The notes below the pieces were generated by a model that saw only the letters and a program-made list of their open reading frames with translations, was not told where the DNA came from and ran no database searches. This document shows, piece after piece, positions 55,221-64,000 of a stretch of 64,000 nt of DNA; position 1 is the first letter of the stretch, and the number at the start of each line of letters is the position of its first letter. The position numbers were made by a program, and so were the translations under genes. Location: positions 73,787 through 137,786 of the forward strand of contig JAWKTT010000008.1 in NCBI GenBank assembly GCA_041398965.1, written 5' to 3'. The DNA comes from Planctomycetaceae bacterium. GTDB taxonomy: Bacteria > Planctomycetota > Planctomycetia > Planctomycetales > Planctomycetaceae.

Positions 55221-56660
55221 TTACTTAGCCATGCTGAACAACTTCGACAGGCTGCGGCTGCCCGAGATTGGGCGAGCATCCTGCTGAGGCAGTTGACGTG
55301 GGAAGTAGGCCGCTGGAGCAGCTGGAGCTTCAGGAGCGATCGCCTGTTGAGCCGGAACTTGAACCGGAGCAACTGGAGCACAGCCCCCTGGGCAGCAAGC
55401 GGCGTTTCCAGCGTTTCCAGCGTTGCAGGCACCGTTGACGCATCCGTCGCAGGTGTTGCAGCATCCGTCAACGATCTGGTATCCGCAGCGGCTCAGAGCA
55501 CGTTCAGCTTCACGACGAACACCCTTGTCGCAATCGGCGAGGGCACAGGTCAGAGCCGAGGTCAGCTCAGCCGAGCAGCAGCAGTGACGACGCAACTGCT
55601 GTTCAATTTCGTTAGCAGCGGTGTGGCGAACGCCAGGATCAGCATCGTTCAGGGAGTAGATGAACGCAGTCATGATTTCGGGGTTGCACTCGCAGCTGCA
55701 ACGACCCAAGCCACGCAGAGCGTTCCCACGTTGACGTGGGTAGCAAGCGGTCTGGGATTCGTAGATCAACTGAGCGATGTGGCAAGGATCACAGCCGTTC
55801 GACTTGGTGCGAACGGTTGGGCAGCAGTTGCCAGTGTCGCAGCAGCCAGCACCTTTGTTACCACGACCACAAACTCGGGCAATCCGAGCGGTCAGTCGCT
55901 GAGTCACTCGGGCACAGCGGCTCAACCGGGTGCGGACTGGACGAGCAGCGGTTGGGCAGCAATCGGCACCGCCACAAGGAGCGGCACAGCAGTTGTTGCT
56001 GGCACAGCCACGTCGGGTCCCACGAACTCGGCAATCACGTTCACGATGACGTGGAGCGGCACAGCTTGGAGCACAAGTGTTGTCGCATCCAACATTTCGC
56101 GAACCGCAACGACCACGGCGTGGTGTCCGGCATGGGCGAACACGTCGAGCGCGGCTTGCCTTCCGGCCGCTGCCGCAGCAGCTGTCGCCACAAGGAGCAG
56201 CACAGCCGGTGTTGCATGGAGCAGCACAGCTGTTCGCCGAGCAGCATCCCTTACGAGCGAGGCGTGAGCCACGTCCGCATGGAGCGGCACAACCTGGATC
56301 GCAGCTGTTGCCACATGGTGCAGCACAGCCCGAACCAACACCAGTATCGCAACAGCCATTACCACGACGATTCAACCGCCCGCAGGAAACGCGGGGCGCA
56401 CGGCAACGATCACGGTTGCCCTTCTTTCCACAGCCACAGTTGCTGGTGGTGCCGACGAACTGCCGTTGGTAGTTGTACACATTCGTGTGACAAGGCCGGG
56501 CAATCGTAGGTGCACAGCAGCTGGGCTGAAACGACGGGGCGCATTCGCAGCACTTGGAACCTGCGCTGCCCCGTGCCTGACGGCATCGCAACTGGGCATC
56601 GGCGTCAACCGCGAATGCCAGCAGCGCCATCAAGGCGGCACATAGACGAATAGACTTCAT
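55221..56660 (-). CDS. secreted cysteine-rich repeat protein (about 16% Cys; CAAPCG-type repeats) with a central HEAT-like repeat segment
   Basis: Signal peptide MKSIRLCAALMALLAFAVDADAQ. GGAGA lies 8 nt upstream of the ATG. Repeated CAAPCG/CAAPCN units and a segment DADPGVRHTAANEIEQ...DCDKGVRREAERAL resembling HEAT/PBS-lyase repeats. Confidence 0.65.
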   Translation of the reverse strand: MKSIRLCAALMALLAFAVDADAQLRCRQARGSAGSKCCECAPSFQPSCCAPTIARPCHTNVYNYQRQFVGTTSNCGCGKKGNRDRCRAPRVSCGRLNRRGNGCCDTGVGSGCAAPCGNSCDPGCAAPCGRGSRLARKGCCSANSCAAPCNTGCAAPCGDSCCGSGRKASRARRVRPCRTPRRGRCGSRNVGCDNTCAPSCAAPRHRERDCRVRGTRRGCASNNCCAAPCGGADCCPTAARPVRTRLSRCARVTQRLTARIARVCGRGNKGAGCCDTGNCCPTVRTKSNGCDPCHIAQLIYESQTACYPRQRGNALRGLGRCSCECNPEIMTAFIYSLNDADPGVRHTAANEIEQQLRRHCCCSAELTSALTCALADCDKGVRREAERALSRCGYQIVDGCCNTCDGCVNGACNAGNAGNAACCPGGCAPVAPVQVPAQQAIAPEAPAAPAAYFPRQLPQQDARPISGSRSLSKLFSMAK

Positions 56661-57289
56661 AGTTCAGCGTCTCCTTCCATTGGGACTTGGTGATTTCGCC
56701 GTCCTCGCCGCTTCCTTTTCGCGGCACGACTTTCCTGTTGCAGTGCGGGTACTTTTCTGGGTCTCTGCAAGAGTTTGGTCGACTGACAGCTACAAACTCA
56801 GAGCTCAAACTTCCTTCTTGACACTGTCTCCTGTTGCTCTGAACTCATCGTCGCCCTTGGAGAACATCCGATTCCGATTCACCCCCCAGTGGTTTCGGCT
56901 GACTCCCGGCAACGTGATGCGATCGAAAACGAGTTCGAAGGCGGGGGGCTGGAGAAATCTATCGGCGTTGCTGGAAGAGTCCCTTGAACATCTCAAGTCG
57001 TTGTGTTCTAATATCTTTACGTCGATTTTCGGTCCGTCTGTAACGAATGATCCGGTCCCATAGACTGGGGGATTTGTAACGTCACTGGAGGCGACTTTTG
57101 CCCCCCATTTCCCTTGAAGATGCATAGTCTACGGGTGTTGCAGAAGACTCGTCGCCCCTGCCGGATGTGTCGACAACGACTAGCGACCAGACACACTGGC
57201 AGCGATCACTCAAAGCAGGAAGCTTCGGAAGGCTGTCGGACGTCGCTCGGTCAGTCCTAGAAAATAGGGGCGACGACCACCTCCACCGA

Positions 57290-59725
57290 CTAATCAGCCG
57301 ACCATGCCGCAAGTCGACGCAGTTCAGCCAGTAATGGCTCGGGAAGCAGTTTGTCGGTGTGGGCGGCGGACTCGTTGATCGCGTTGAGTTGCAGGGCCAA
57401 TTGAGCTTCGGACCTTGCCGACTCCAGACTGCCTGTTGCTGCCAGTCCCTGGGCGAATTGAGCTCGCAAAAGCGAACTGTTGGGGTAGAGTTCCGTCGCC
57501 TGACGAGAGAACGTGACGGCGATCTCAGCCGAAATAATGTCGCCCGAGCGACGCCAATGCTGCATCCGCAGGTCGGCTGCGGTATGCAGGAGCATCGGGT
57601 TCTTCGGACTGCGATGCATTGCGAGGTCCAAGCTATTCCAGCAGTCGACCAGATGTTGATTCGCCCCGATGCCGCCAGTCTGCCATGCGAGGAACTGGGC
57701 GATCCCTAAGTCGCGAGGAAACTCGGCATTCAAGCGGTCTGCGTCGACAGCGGCTCGGTAGTGTGCAATTGCTGCCAGGGGACGTCGGTCGATGAGCAGT
57801 GCATCCTTCGCCGAGGCGGCCCGAGACGATGCGACCAATACGGGAAGCAGTGCTGTCGTCAGAGATCCAATCGTCAGGAGACCCAACAGGATGGCACAGG
57901 TCAGGTCTCGCGGTCTGTTAATCCACTCCTCGATTCGCCGGAATCGGGAAGAGGAATATCTCTGTGAGTTGGAGGGGGAGCAAGTCGTTGCCGCAGCAGG
58001 CGAAGCAATGTCGTCGGCGTCGATTGAACTGACGGAGTCGACATGGTTTTGCACGAAATGACGATCGGATAATGACCATAGCCAGAGCAGGGTGATGGCC
58101 GGCATCGCCAAGCCACCGGCTCCCAGTAGATGGACCGACAACGCCAGTCCGGCGGCGACACAGGTCGGTTGAAGCAGGCGTTCGGTCGCCCCTTGATAAT
58201 GGACGATCCCAGCGGTGAGCGGCCAGAGCAGTGCGAGGGCGAGTATCTGTGGATCGGTTCGTCCGGCCAGCAGGGACTGTGCGAGCCAAACAAAGAGACA
58301 CGCCGCGACTCCCGTGATGGCACTCATTCGGTAGCCGTCTGATCCTTGGGGGCTGTCGGCGGCTTGCAGTGTTAGCGACTGTTCGCCGAGTGACTCCTGC
58401 TGTTGGATAGCTTGTAAGAGTCGCAGAGCAGGAATGAACGATCTGAAGAGGAGGAGCAGGCCGAGGAACGCGATCAGTCCGCCGCAGACCCAGGCATCGA
58501 GGAAGAGGTTGTGAGGATCGGTGACGGCTTCGCTCGCTTCAGGGAGTTTGAACTTGAGGTAGTGGATGCCGAAGTTCCCTGGGCCAACTCCCATAATCGG
58601 ATGCTCTTCCAAGACACCCATCGCCCCGACCCAGTATTGCCAGCGATACTGCAACGATTTCGAGGATTCGAGAAACACTTCCCGGTCGAGGGCTCCTGTT
58701 GCGAATCCGATACCGATTGCGACGACAATCACTCCGCAGGTGATGGCAAAGCTACGGATCACCCTTTGCGACAGGAGAACATTTTCATCTGATGAGAGGC
58801 TGCGAAGCATCAGCCAGCAAAACCCAAGAGTGCAGCCAATCCAGGCGGTCTTGCTCTTGGTCAGCACGAGGCATCCGAGCACGATGCCGATGGAGGTTAG
58901 GGCGAGTAATCGTTGGGAAAGGGACCGTTTCCCTTGACCATCCAGGAACGGGGCGACGAGATGCAGCAACGTCACAATGAGCAAGCTCGCAAACGTATTC
59001 GTCAGGGCAAAGCGGCCGAGCGGTTCGGTGCTGAAGAGGAGACGTTGTCGTAACGCCGCCCGTCCAGCCCCCTCCATCGCCAAAAACTCAGGCCCCAGTT
59101 CCAATTGAAGTTCGCGAAACCGTGTATCCCGTTGCTGCTGTTCGTCCGGCGTTGTAGCACGCGGCGAATCGCGAAGTGCCTCGGCTTCAAGGAACTTCGC
59201 CGCGAGTGCGGGCTGCGTCACCAACTTCTGCCAGAAGCCGAGTCCAGCAAGCAACACTCCCGCGGTGACGACCAGATTCCGCAACCACATCCGTTGCTGC
59301 GAGTCGATCGACAATCGTCTGAGTAAGAAGTACGCCACTCCGACGGCAACCCACTCCCATAGCATGTTCAACGCGGCTCGCTGTTCACCCCCTCGCAGCA
59401 ACACCATCAGACCCGACAACACCGGACCCGCAACGATCAGAAGGACGGCCACATCGAAGAGGTCGATGGGACGTTTCGTAGACGGTTGTCTCCTTTCCTT
59501 CGAGCGATCGCGACTCCACCACCAGCAAGAAGTCGCAGCGACCATGAGCCAACTACAGGCAATCCACAGCGTCTCCCCTTGAGCGGCTGACTCCGCGGGG
59601 ACGAACAGGCGAGTGATGAACAGCAATCCGACAACAAACGGAAAGAGGGCGACGCGGTTTGCAGGATGTGCCATCCGGGTGTTCGCTGAGGAACTCCCCT
59701 TCACGTTTCGCGGATTGCGGCTCAT
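57290..59725 (-). CDS. O-antigen ligase (Wzy_C/WaaL) family membrane protein with a C-terminal TPR-like domain
   Basis: Multiple TM helices and the Wzy_C loop motif VGPGNFGIHY...HNLFLDAWVCGGLIAFLGL. The C-terminal 200 aa are helical TPR-like. Overlaps the upstream transferase gene by 4 nt. Confidence 0.7.
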   Translation of the reverse strand: MSRNPRNVKGSSSANTRMAHPANRVALFPFVVGLLFITRLFVPAESAAQGETLWIACSWLMVAATSCWWWSRDRSKERRQPSTKRPIDLFDVAVLLIVAGPVLSGLMVLLRGGEQRAALNMLWEWVAVGVAYFLLRRLSIDSQQRMWLRNLVVTAGVLLAGLGFWQKLVTQPALAAKFLEAEALRDSPRATTPDEQQQRDTRFRELQLELGPEFLAMEGAGRAALRQRLLFSTEPLGRFALTNTFASLLIVTLLHLVAPFLDGQGKRSLSQRLLALTSIGIVLGCLVLTKSKTAWIGCTLGFCWLMLRSLSSDENVLLSQRVIRSFAITCGVIVVAIGIGFATGALDREVFLESSKSLQYRWQYWVGAMGVLEEHPIMGVGPGNFGIHYLKFKLPEASEAVTDPHNLFLDAWVCGGLIAFLGLLLLFRSFIPALRLLQAIQQQESLGEQSLTLQAADSPQGSDGYRMSAITGVAACLFVWLAQSLLAGRTDPQILALALLWPLTAGIVHYQGATERLLQPTCVAAGLALSVHLLGAGGLAMPAITLLWLWSLSDRHFVQNHVDSVSSIDADDIASPAAATTCSPSNSQRYSSSRFRRIEEWINRPRDLTCAILLGLLTIGSLTTALLPVLVASSRAASAKDALLIDRRPLAAIAHYRAAVDADRLNAEFPRDLGIAQFLAWQTGGIGANQHLVDCWNSLDLAMHRSPKNPMLLHTAADLRMQHWRRSGDIISAEIAVTFSRQATELYPNSSLLRAQFAQGLAATGSLESARSEAQLALQLNAINESAAHTDKLLPEPLLAELRRLAAWSAD

Positions 59726-61023
59726 CCCTGGCTCCGGAGCGATGCTCCTGATATCCCCGGATCCGGTGCGGTGCCGGTGTCGACCGGTTCCTGATCAAGG
59801 GGACTCTGGTTCGCCAGTAGAACCGCAGCGACGTTTTCCGGATCACCAGGAGCGTTCGCATTGTTGGTGATGGAGGCCGAACCTTGGGCGAGTGAGTTTG
59901 CATCAACCGGACGAGACGGCTCGGATCGGGAGCGACGACCGGTCATCTCGAACGCGGCGACAATGGCCAAAATCGCCAAGACTTGCGAGGTCAAAATGAG
60001 TGCCGCAGTCCAGTTGGAAACTTGATACAACAGCAAAGCAGCGAGCGACGTGGTGAGGGTCGCAAGATGAACCATGCGAACGGCCCCCGGCTTACTGAGA
60101 CCCAGTTCAACGAGTCGATGCGAGAAGTGACTCTTATCTGCCTGAAAAGGGCTGCGACCCTGACGCAGGCGGATGAAGATGACGCTGATCGTGTCATACA
60201 GCGGGACAGCCAGCACAAGCAACGGGGCGATGATGGTGTGCTGACCCGGCGAGTTCGCGTCGTAAAAGGTCCCCAGCATCGTGAGCGACGCGAGCATCAT
60301 CCCCAGAAACATGCTCCCCGAGTCCCCCATGAAGATGCGGGCGGGAGCACGATTGTGAATGAGGAACCCAGCGGTCGCCCCAGCAAGAACCAAGAGTCCC
60401 CCGGCCACAAGCCAGCGTGGTCCTCCGGGCAATGTCAACATGACGACACTGAAGACGACAGCCGCAATGAAGGCAATCCCCCCGGAGAGGCCGTCCATGT
60501 TGTCGAGAAAGTTCATCGAGTTGATGAGCAACACGATCCACATCACCGAAAAGACGATGCCGATCCAAGGAAGGTCGACAAACAAAGTCGCCCGGATTCC
60601 TCCTGCAACGAGTCCCCCGGCGACAGCAAATTGCAGCAACAGACGGGGCTGCCAGGGGAGCGGCTTCAAGTCATCCAGCAACCCGGCGACGGCGAGCAAC
60701 GTCCCGGCTCCGATCAACATCCAGAGCGAGCCGGTTCTCGACGCCAGCCCCTCGACATGTTGGGCGAGTTCGAGAGGAATCCAGTCGGGGATTTCGGGAA
60801 GACGTGCCAGCCACGAAGCGAAAAGTTGCCCGCCAATCACTGGGATGACGAAGCCACAATAGATGCCGACACCCCCACCCAGCGGGGTCGGCGTCGTGTG
60901 GACTTTCCTTGCGGCAGGTTGATCGATCAACCCCCAGCGAGGTGCCCAACGACGCATCAACCCCGTGGCAGTGGTCGAAACCAGAAAGGCAGGGACCGTG
61001 CAGGCCAGCAGGAACCAGATCAT
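59722..61023 (-). CDS. polyprenyl-phosphate N-acetylhexosamine-1-phosphate transferase (WecA/MraY family, GT4)
   Basis: NSMNFLDNMDGLSGG and DTISVIFIRL motifs, about 10 TM helices, 433 aa. Confidence 0.88.
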   Translation of the reverse strand: MIWFLLACTVPAFLVSTTATGLMRRWAPRWGLIDQPAARKVHTTPTPLGGGVGIYCGFVIPVIGGQLFASWLARLPEIPDWIPLELAQHVEGLASRTGSLWMLIGAGTLLAVAGLLDDLKPLPWQPRLLLQFAVAGGLVAGGIRATLFVDLPWIGIVFSVMWIVLLINSMNFLDNMDGLSGGIAFIAAVVFSVVMLTLPGGPRWLVAGGLLVLAGATAGFLIHNRAPARIFMGDSGSMFLGMMLASLTMLGTFYDANSPGQHTIIAPLLVLAVPLYDTISVIFIRLRQGRSPFQADKSHFSHRLVELGLSKPGAVRMVHLATLTTSLAALLLYQVSNWTAALILTSQVLAILAIVAAFEMTGRRSRSEPSRPVDANSLAQGSASITNNANAPGDPENVAAVLLANQSPLDQEPVDTGTAPDPGISGASLRSQG

Positions 61024-61065
61024 GCGAAGTTCTCCGCAGTCTCTCGCAAAGCGTGATGCCGGAGT

Positions 61066-61275
61066 TTAGTCGTTAAGGATGAACGTCACCTTCAGGGCAA
61101 CGCGATACTCGGTGATCTTGCCATCTTCAATGACGACATCCTGATCCTGTACCCAGGCCCCAGTCACCCCCTGCAAAGTCTTGCAAGCACGCTTGACACC
61201 CACTTCGATGGCATTCTCAAAGCTCTTCTTGGAGGAAGACTTGATCTCGGTAATCCGTGCGACCGTATTGCTCAT
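61066..61275 (-). CDS. dodecin-family flavin-binding protein
   Basis: 69 aa. MSNTVARITEIKSSSKKSFENAIEVGVKRACKTLQGVTGAWVQDQDVVIEDGKITEYRVALKVTF matches the dodecin length and sequence pattern. Confidence 0.75.
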   Translation of the reverse strand: MSNTVARITEIKSSSKKSFENAIEVGVKRACKTLQGVTGAWVQDQDVVIEDGKITEYRVALKVTFILND

Positions 61276-61510
61276 GATGTACTCAGACTTATAAGAAGGG
61301 AAATTCGTTCGTGCCCGAAAGATTCATCGGGCGAAAGAAGTCATCGACTTCCCATTCTAGCGACCCCCCGGCTGACATGCACGGTCAGGGTCTCCCCCTC
61401 CGCCCCGGAAGGACGGACACTCAAGTCTGTCGCCTCTCGGAACACGCAAAATGGATGAGGAAGTTCATCGTACGAACAAGCCGTCCCTCTCCGTTGAGCC
61501 GCCGATCTCA

Positions 61511-63454
61511 CTAGGGCGTTACGCTTGGCATCCTCTGCTCACCCACCGCCCCGTGCAACAAAGTCCCGGGGGCGAACAGGGTCTGCATGCGGGCAATCGT
61601 CTCGGGGGACTCGACAAGGGGCGGGGCGTGATGCGGCTTGATCCGGGCGTCGATGACCAGCGGACCAGTGCAGCCAAAGTGTTTGTCGCAGGTGAAACTC
61701 CCAAAGCCATCGATATCGCTCGCCGGGTTCGATCGAGTAAACGTCACCCAGAGGAAGTTCGCCAATGACTCGGCTGTGAAGGGGGCATCGTCAACGAGGA
61801 CGACAAGCGGGAACTCCAACAATGGATGCCCGGCTTCGATCGCCGCAATGAACTGCGGCAACAGGTCATCGACCCGTCCGGTCGTCTGGGGCGGGCGACG
61901 TTGTCTGAGTTGCGACGACGTCGCCGGTTCTAGGAATCGACCCGCAGCCGTCGGCGGATCGGAGCAGGGGGGAGCAGTGATGGCGACGACCCCCGGCAGA
62001 CAAACCCGTGCGTCATGAAATCCATCCGGGAGCGACATCGAAGCCGGAAGTTGATCGAGAAGAGTTCTTACAGAGGGCCCCGTCGCGGCAACAACCAGCT
62101 TCGACCCCGCGTTCAATCCATCTCCCGAGTAGTCGAGTGTGTCGATCGTTGTCTGCGTTTCAAAGTGCAGGTCGCGGCTCCAGTCGACCCGCTCGAGCAG
62201 ATGCTGGAAGAAATCCGAGACATGATGCAGTTCCAGTTGCGGGGCGTCCTGACCGTTGATGATGAACAAGTACTTCGCTAACGAGAGTTGCCCCTGTCCG
62301 AGAATCGCATGGGCTTGGGTCAACAGTTCCTGCGGTCGAGGGGGAGAGGTGTAGGGGGTGTAACGTTCGCTCCCAATCGCCAAGAGGAGCGGATGAACTC
62401 CTGCTTCATCCACCGCATGGACTTGCTTGACCCCCGGCAGCACAGAAGGAATTGCCGCCCCGGTGATCTCATGGATGATCGCTCCGAAAGATGTGTCTTC
62501 TTGCGGGGGCCGACCAACCACCGTGAACGGCCAGACAGCATCGCGTCGATGATACACCCGCTCCACCTTGAGCACTGGAAACAGGTGCCTTAACGAGTAG
62601 TAACCGAGATGGTCGCCAAAGGGCCCTTCCGGCTTCAACTGGGTCGGGTCGATCGTCCCCACAATGCAGAAGTCCGCTTCGGCCAATAGGGGCAGTCCAT
62701 CAGGTTGAGGAATCAACCGCATCCTTCGCCCGCCGAGTGCTCCGGCAAACGTCAATTCCGACAGACCCTCGGGGAGCGGCATGACGGCAGCGAGCGGCAA
62801 CACCGGTGGGCCGCCAACATAGATGTTCACCCGCAACGACTCCCCCCGTCGCAGTGCCGCCGTGTGATGTACACCGATCCCCCGATGAATCTGGTAATGC
62901 AGGCCGACCTCGCCGTTCCTCACATAGTCGTTCCCCGAAATCTGGATGCGGTACATGCCGAGGTTCGACTTCTGCCAGCCCGGTTGATCGGGATGCTCGG
63001 AATAGACGGCCGGAAGCGTGATGAATGGCCCTCCATCTTCGGGCCACGACGTGAGAGCCGGGAGTTGATCGAGGGTCGTTTCGCATTCCAAGATCGGCCC
63101 GCGAGAGACATATTTCGGACGCATGGACCATGCCGTCGGCAAAGCCCGCAACGTCTGAAACGGATGCTTCAAAGCTCGCATCGGGTCCACCTTGAGGTCG
63201 ACCAGTCGTTGCACCAACGCCAGACGATCACGGAAGAGAAACCGCGTGCGTTCCATCGTCCCAAACAGGTTGCTCACCATCGGAAACGGCGTCCCCTTGA
63301 CGCGCTCGAACAGCAGGGCCGGTCCCCCCGCCTCATAAACTCGCCGCTGAATCGCTGCCGCTTCGAGATGCGGGTTGATTTCGTCTCGAATACGCAGCAG
63401 TTGCCCCGTACGTTCGAGATCAGCCAGACACTCCTGAAGATTGCGGTAACCCAT
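61511..63454 (-). CDS. UbiD-family (prFMN-dependent) decarboxylase
   Basis: RIRDEINPHLE...GGPALLFERVKG...NLGMYRIQISG...GLHYQIHRGIG are conserved UbiD blocks. 647 aa, with a C-terminal extension relative to about 490-aa UbiD proteins. Confidence 0.88.
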   Translation of the reverse strand: MGYRNLQECLADLERTGQLLRIRDEINPHLEAAAIQRRVYEAGGPALLFERVKGTPFPMVSNLFGTMERTRFLFRDRLALVQRLVDLKVDPMRALKHPFQTLRALPTAWSMRPKYVSRGPILECETTLDQLPALTSWPEDGGPFITLPAVYSEHPDQPGWQKSNLGMYRIQISGNDYVRNGEVGLHYQIHRGIGVHHTAALRRGESLRVNIYVGGPPVLPLAAVMPLPEGLSELTFAGALGGRRMRLIPQPDGLPLLAEADFCIVGTIDPTQLKPEGPFGDHLGYYSLRHLFPVLKVERVYHRRDAVWPFTVVGRPPQEDTSFGAIIHEITGAAIPSVLPGVKQVHAVDEAGVHPLLLAIGSERYTPYTSPPRPQELLTQAHAILGQGQLSLAKYLFIINGQDAPQLELHHVSDFFQHLLERVDWSRDLHFETQTTIDTLDYSGDGLNAGSKLVVAATGPSVRTLLDQLPASMSLPDGFHDARVCLPGVVAITAPPCSDPPTAAGRFLEPATSSQLRQRRPPQTTGRVDDLLPQFIAAIEAGHPLLEFPLVVLVDDAPFTAESLANFLWVTFTRSNPASDIDGFGSFTCDKHFGCTGPLVIDARIKPHHAPPLVESPETIARMQTLFAPGTLLHGAVGEQRMPSVTP

Positions 63455-63631
63455 GAGTCCAATTCACACCGAGAGTTTTCGTTCGTGACACATCACTTCC
63501 TGACATCGTAACGGCCCAGAACTCCTGCTGACACAGATCGCTCCGCTCGATACGATTCCCCTTCGCGGACTCTCCGCAGAACGCTCCCCACAGGAATCGG
63601 CGAGCACAGATGTCATGCAGGAAGTACGACA

Positions 63632-64000
63632 ATGAGTCATCAGGAATCACAGATCGAAATGCCGTCGCTGTTCCGGAGCGTCGCCTTAGACGTCAAGTCG
63701 CCGGGGCCATCGCTGCGAGAACGGCTCGCACAGGTGGATGCGGAACGCCTCAATCAGTGGACGCATGGCTGCGGATTCCTGCTGAGTCTGATCGGCGGCT
63801 GGGTGCTTGTCCAGCAGGCGATTGCCACCGGCGGTCTTCAGCGGATTGTAGGATGCAGCATCTATGCCGTCTCGCTGATTTTACTCTATCTCGCGTCGAC
63901 GTTGTCGCACTCGTTCAGCGATCCTGTGCTGCGAGGCCGATTTCGATTACTCGATCAGATATGCATCTTCCTCCTCGCCGCAGGAAGCTACACGCCTCTC
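63632..64000 (+). CDS. hemolysin-III (PAQR/YqfA) family membrane protein; 5' partial, continues beyond the window
   Basis: YAVSLILLYLASTLSHSF and following TM helices match the HlyIII family. ATG at 63632. Confidence 0.7.
   Translation, partial: MSHQESQIEMPSLFRSVALDVKSPGPSLRERLAQVDAERLNQWTHGCGFLLSLIGGWVLVQQAIATGGLQRIVGCSIYAVSLILLYLASTLSHSFSDPVLRGRFRLLDQICIFLLAAGSYTPL

Noticed and set aside
54795-56267. 490-aa plus-strand ORF rich in Ala, Ser, Thr and Val, starting inside arsC
   Set aside because: It is the exact antisense of the Cys-rich secreted protein gene; GCA/GCT/GCC codons complement TGC. It has no signal peptide, ribosome-binding site or motifs, whereas the minus-strand ORF has a signal peptide and an SD.
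59983-61056. 357-aa plus-strand ORF
   Set aside because: Antisense to the WecA-family gene, which has clear transferase motifs and TM helices on the minus strand.
62705-63511. 268-aa plus-strand ORF
   Set aside because: Antisense to the UbiD-family gene.

Overview
This 64 kb window is GC-rich (coding regions roughly 55-60%) and has a gene order and protein content typical of Planctomycetota. That taxon guess comes from the gene order, a giant DUF4347-type surface protein, and the Cys-rich and TPR proteins; no database search was possible.

The first third is housekeeping. A CrtI-like FAD oxidoreductase and a DinB-like protein are followed by the rpsO-pnp operon and serA. Then comes the conserved translation/transcription supercluster tRNA-Thr(TGT), tRNA-Tyr, tRNA-Gly, tRNA-Thr(GGT), tuf, rpmG, tRNA-Trp, secE, nusG, rplK, rplA, rplJ, rplL, rpoB, rpoC. 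It ends in a hairpin terminator shared with a convergent dcd gene.

The rest is accessory, mostly on the minus strand:
- A 91-aa ORF is translationally coupled to dcd.
- A 1931-aa protein carries a single MoxR/AAA_5-like ATPase module and has no recognisable function.
- A zeta-toxin-like P-loop kinase overlaps a small ORF.
- An nfeD-flotillin membrane-microdomain operon is split by a 585-bp cassette. The cassette is flanked by ~46-bp inverted repeats, has lower GC, and carries a GxxExxY (PD-(D/E)XK-like) gene.
- A roughly 3900-aa surface adhesin-like protein contains DUF4347, propeller-like repeats, two DUF2341-LamG modules, eight or more tandem 303-bp Ig/cadherin-like repeats with mosaic identity tracts, and cadherin repeats. 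Its stop codon overlaps the start of an orphan hybrid HisKA-REC-Hpt sensor kinase.
- A lower-GC two-gene island encodes an AAA_21-type ATPase and an HNH nuclease that match the Septu (PtuA/PtuB) anti-phage architecture.
- Next come a 700-aa lipoprotein and an aquaporin-arsC (thioredoxin-type) arsenic pair with no arsR or arsB, then a 479-aa secreted protein that is 16% cysteine with CAAPCG repeats and a HEAT-like core.
- The window ends with a co-directional run of UbiD-family decarboxylase, dodecin, a WecA/MraY-family transferase and an O-antigen-ligase/TPR protein, then a partial hemolysin-III family gene.

No rRNA, CRISPR array or transposase/integrase gene was seen.

The ORF track marks GTG/TTG starts as M. 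Several starts were re-picked by homology to canonical N-termini and are approximate.
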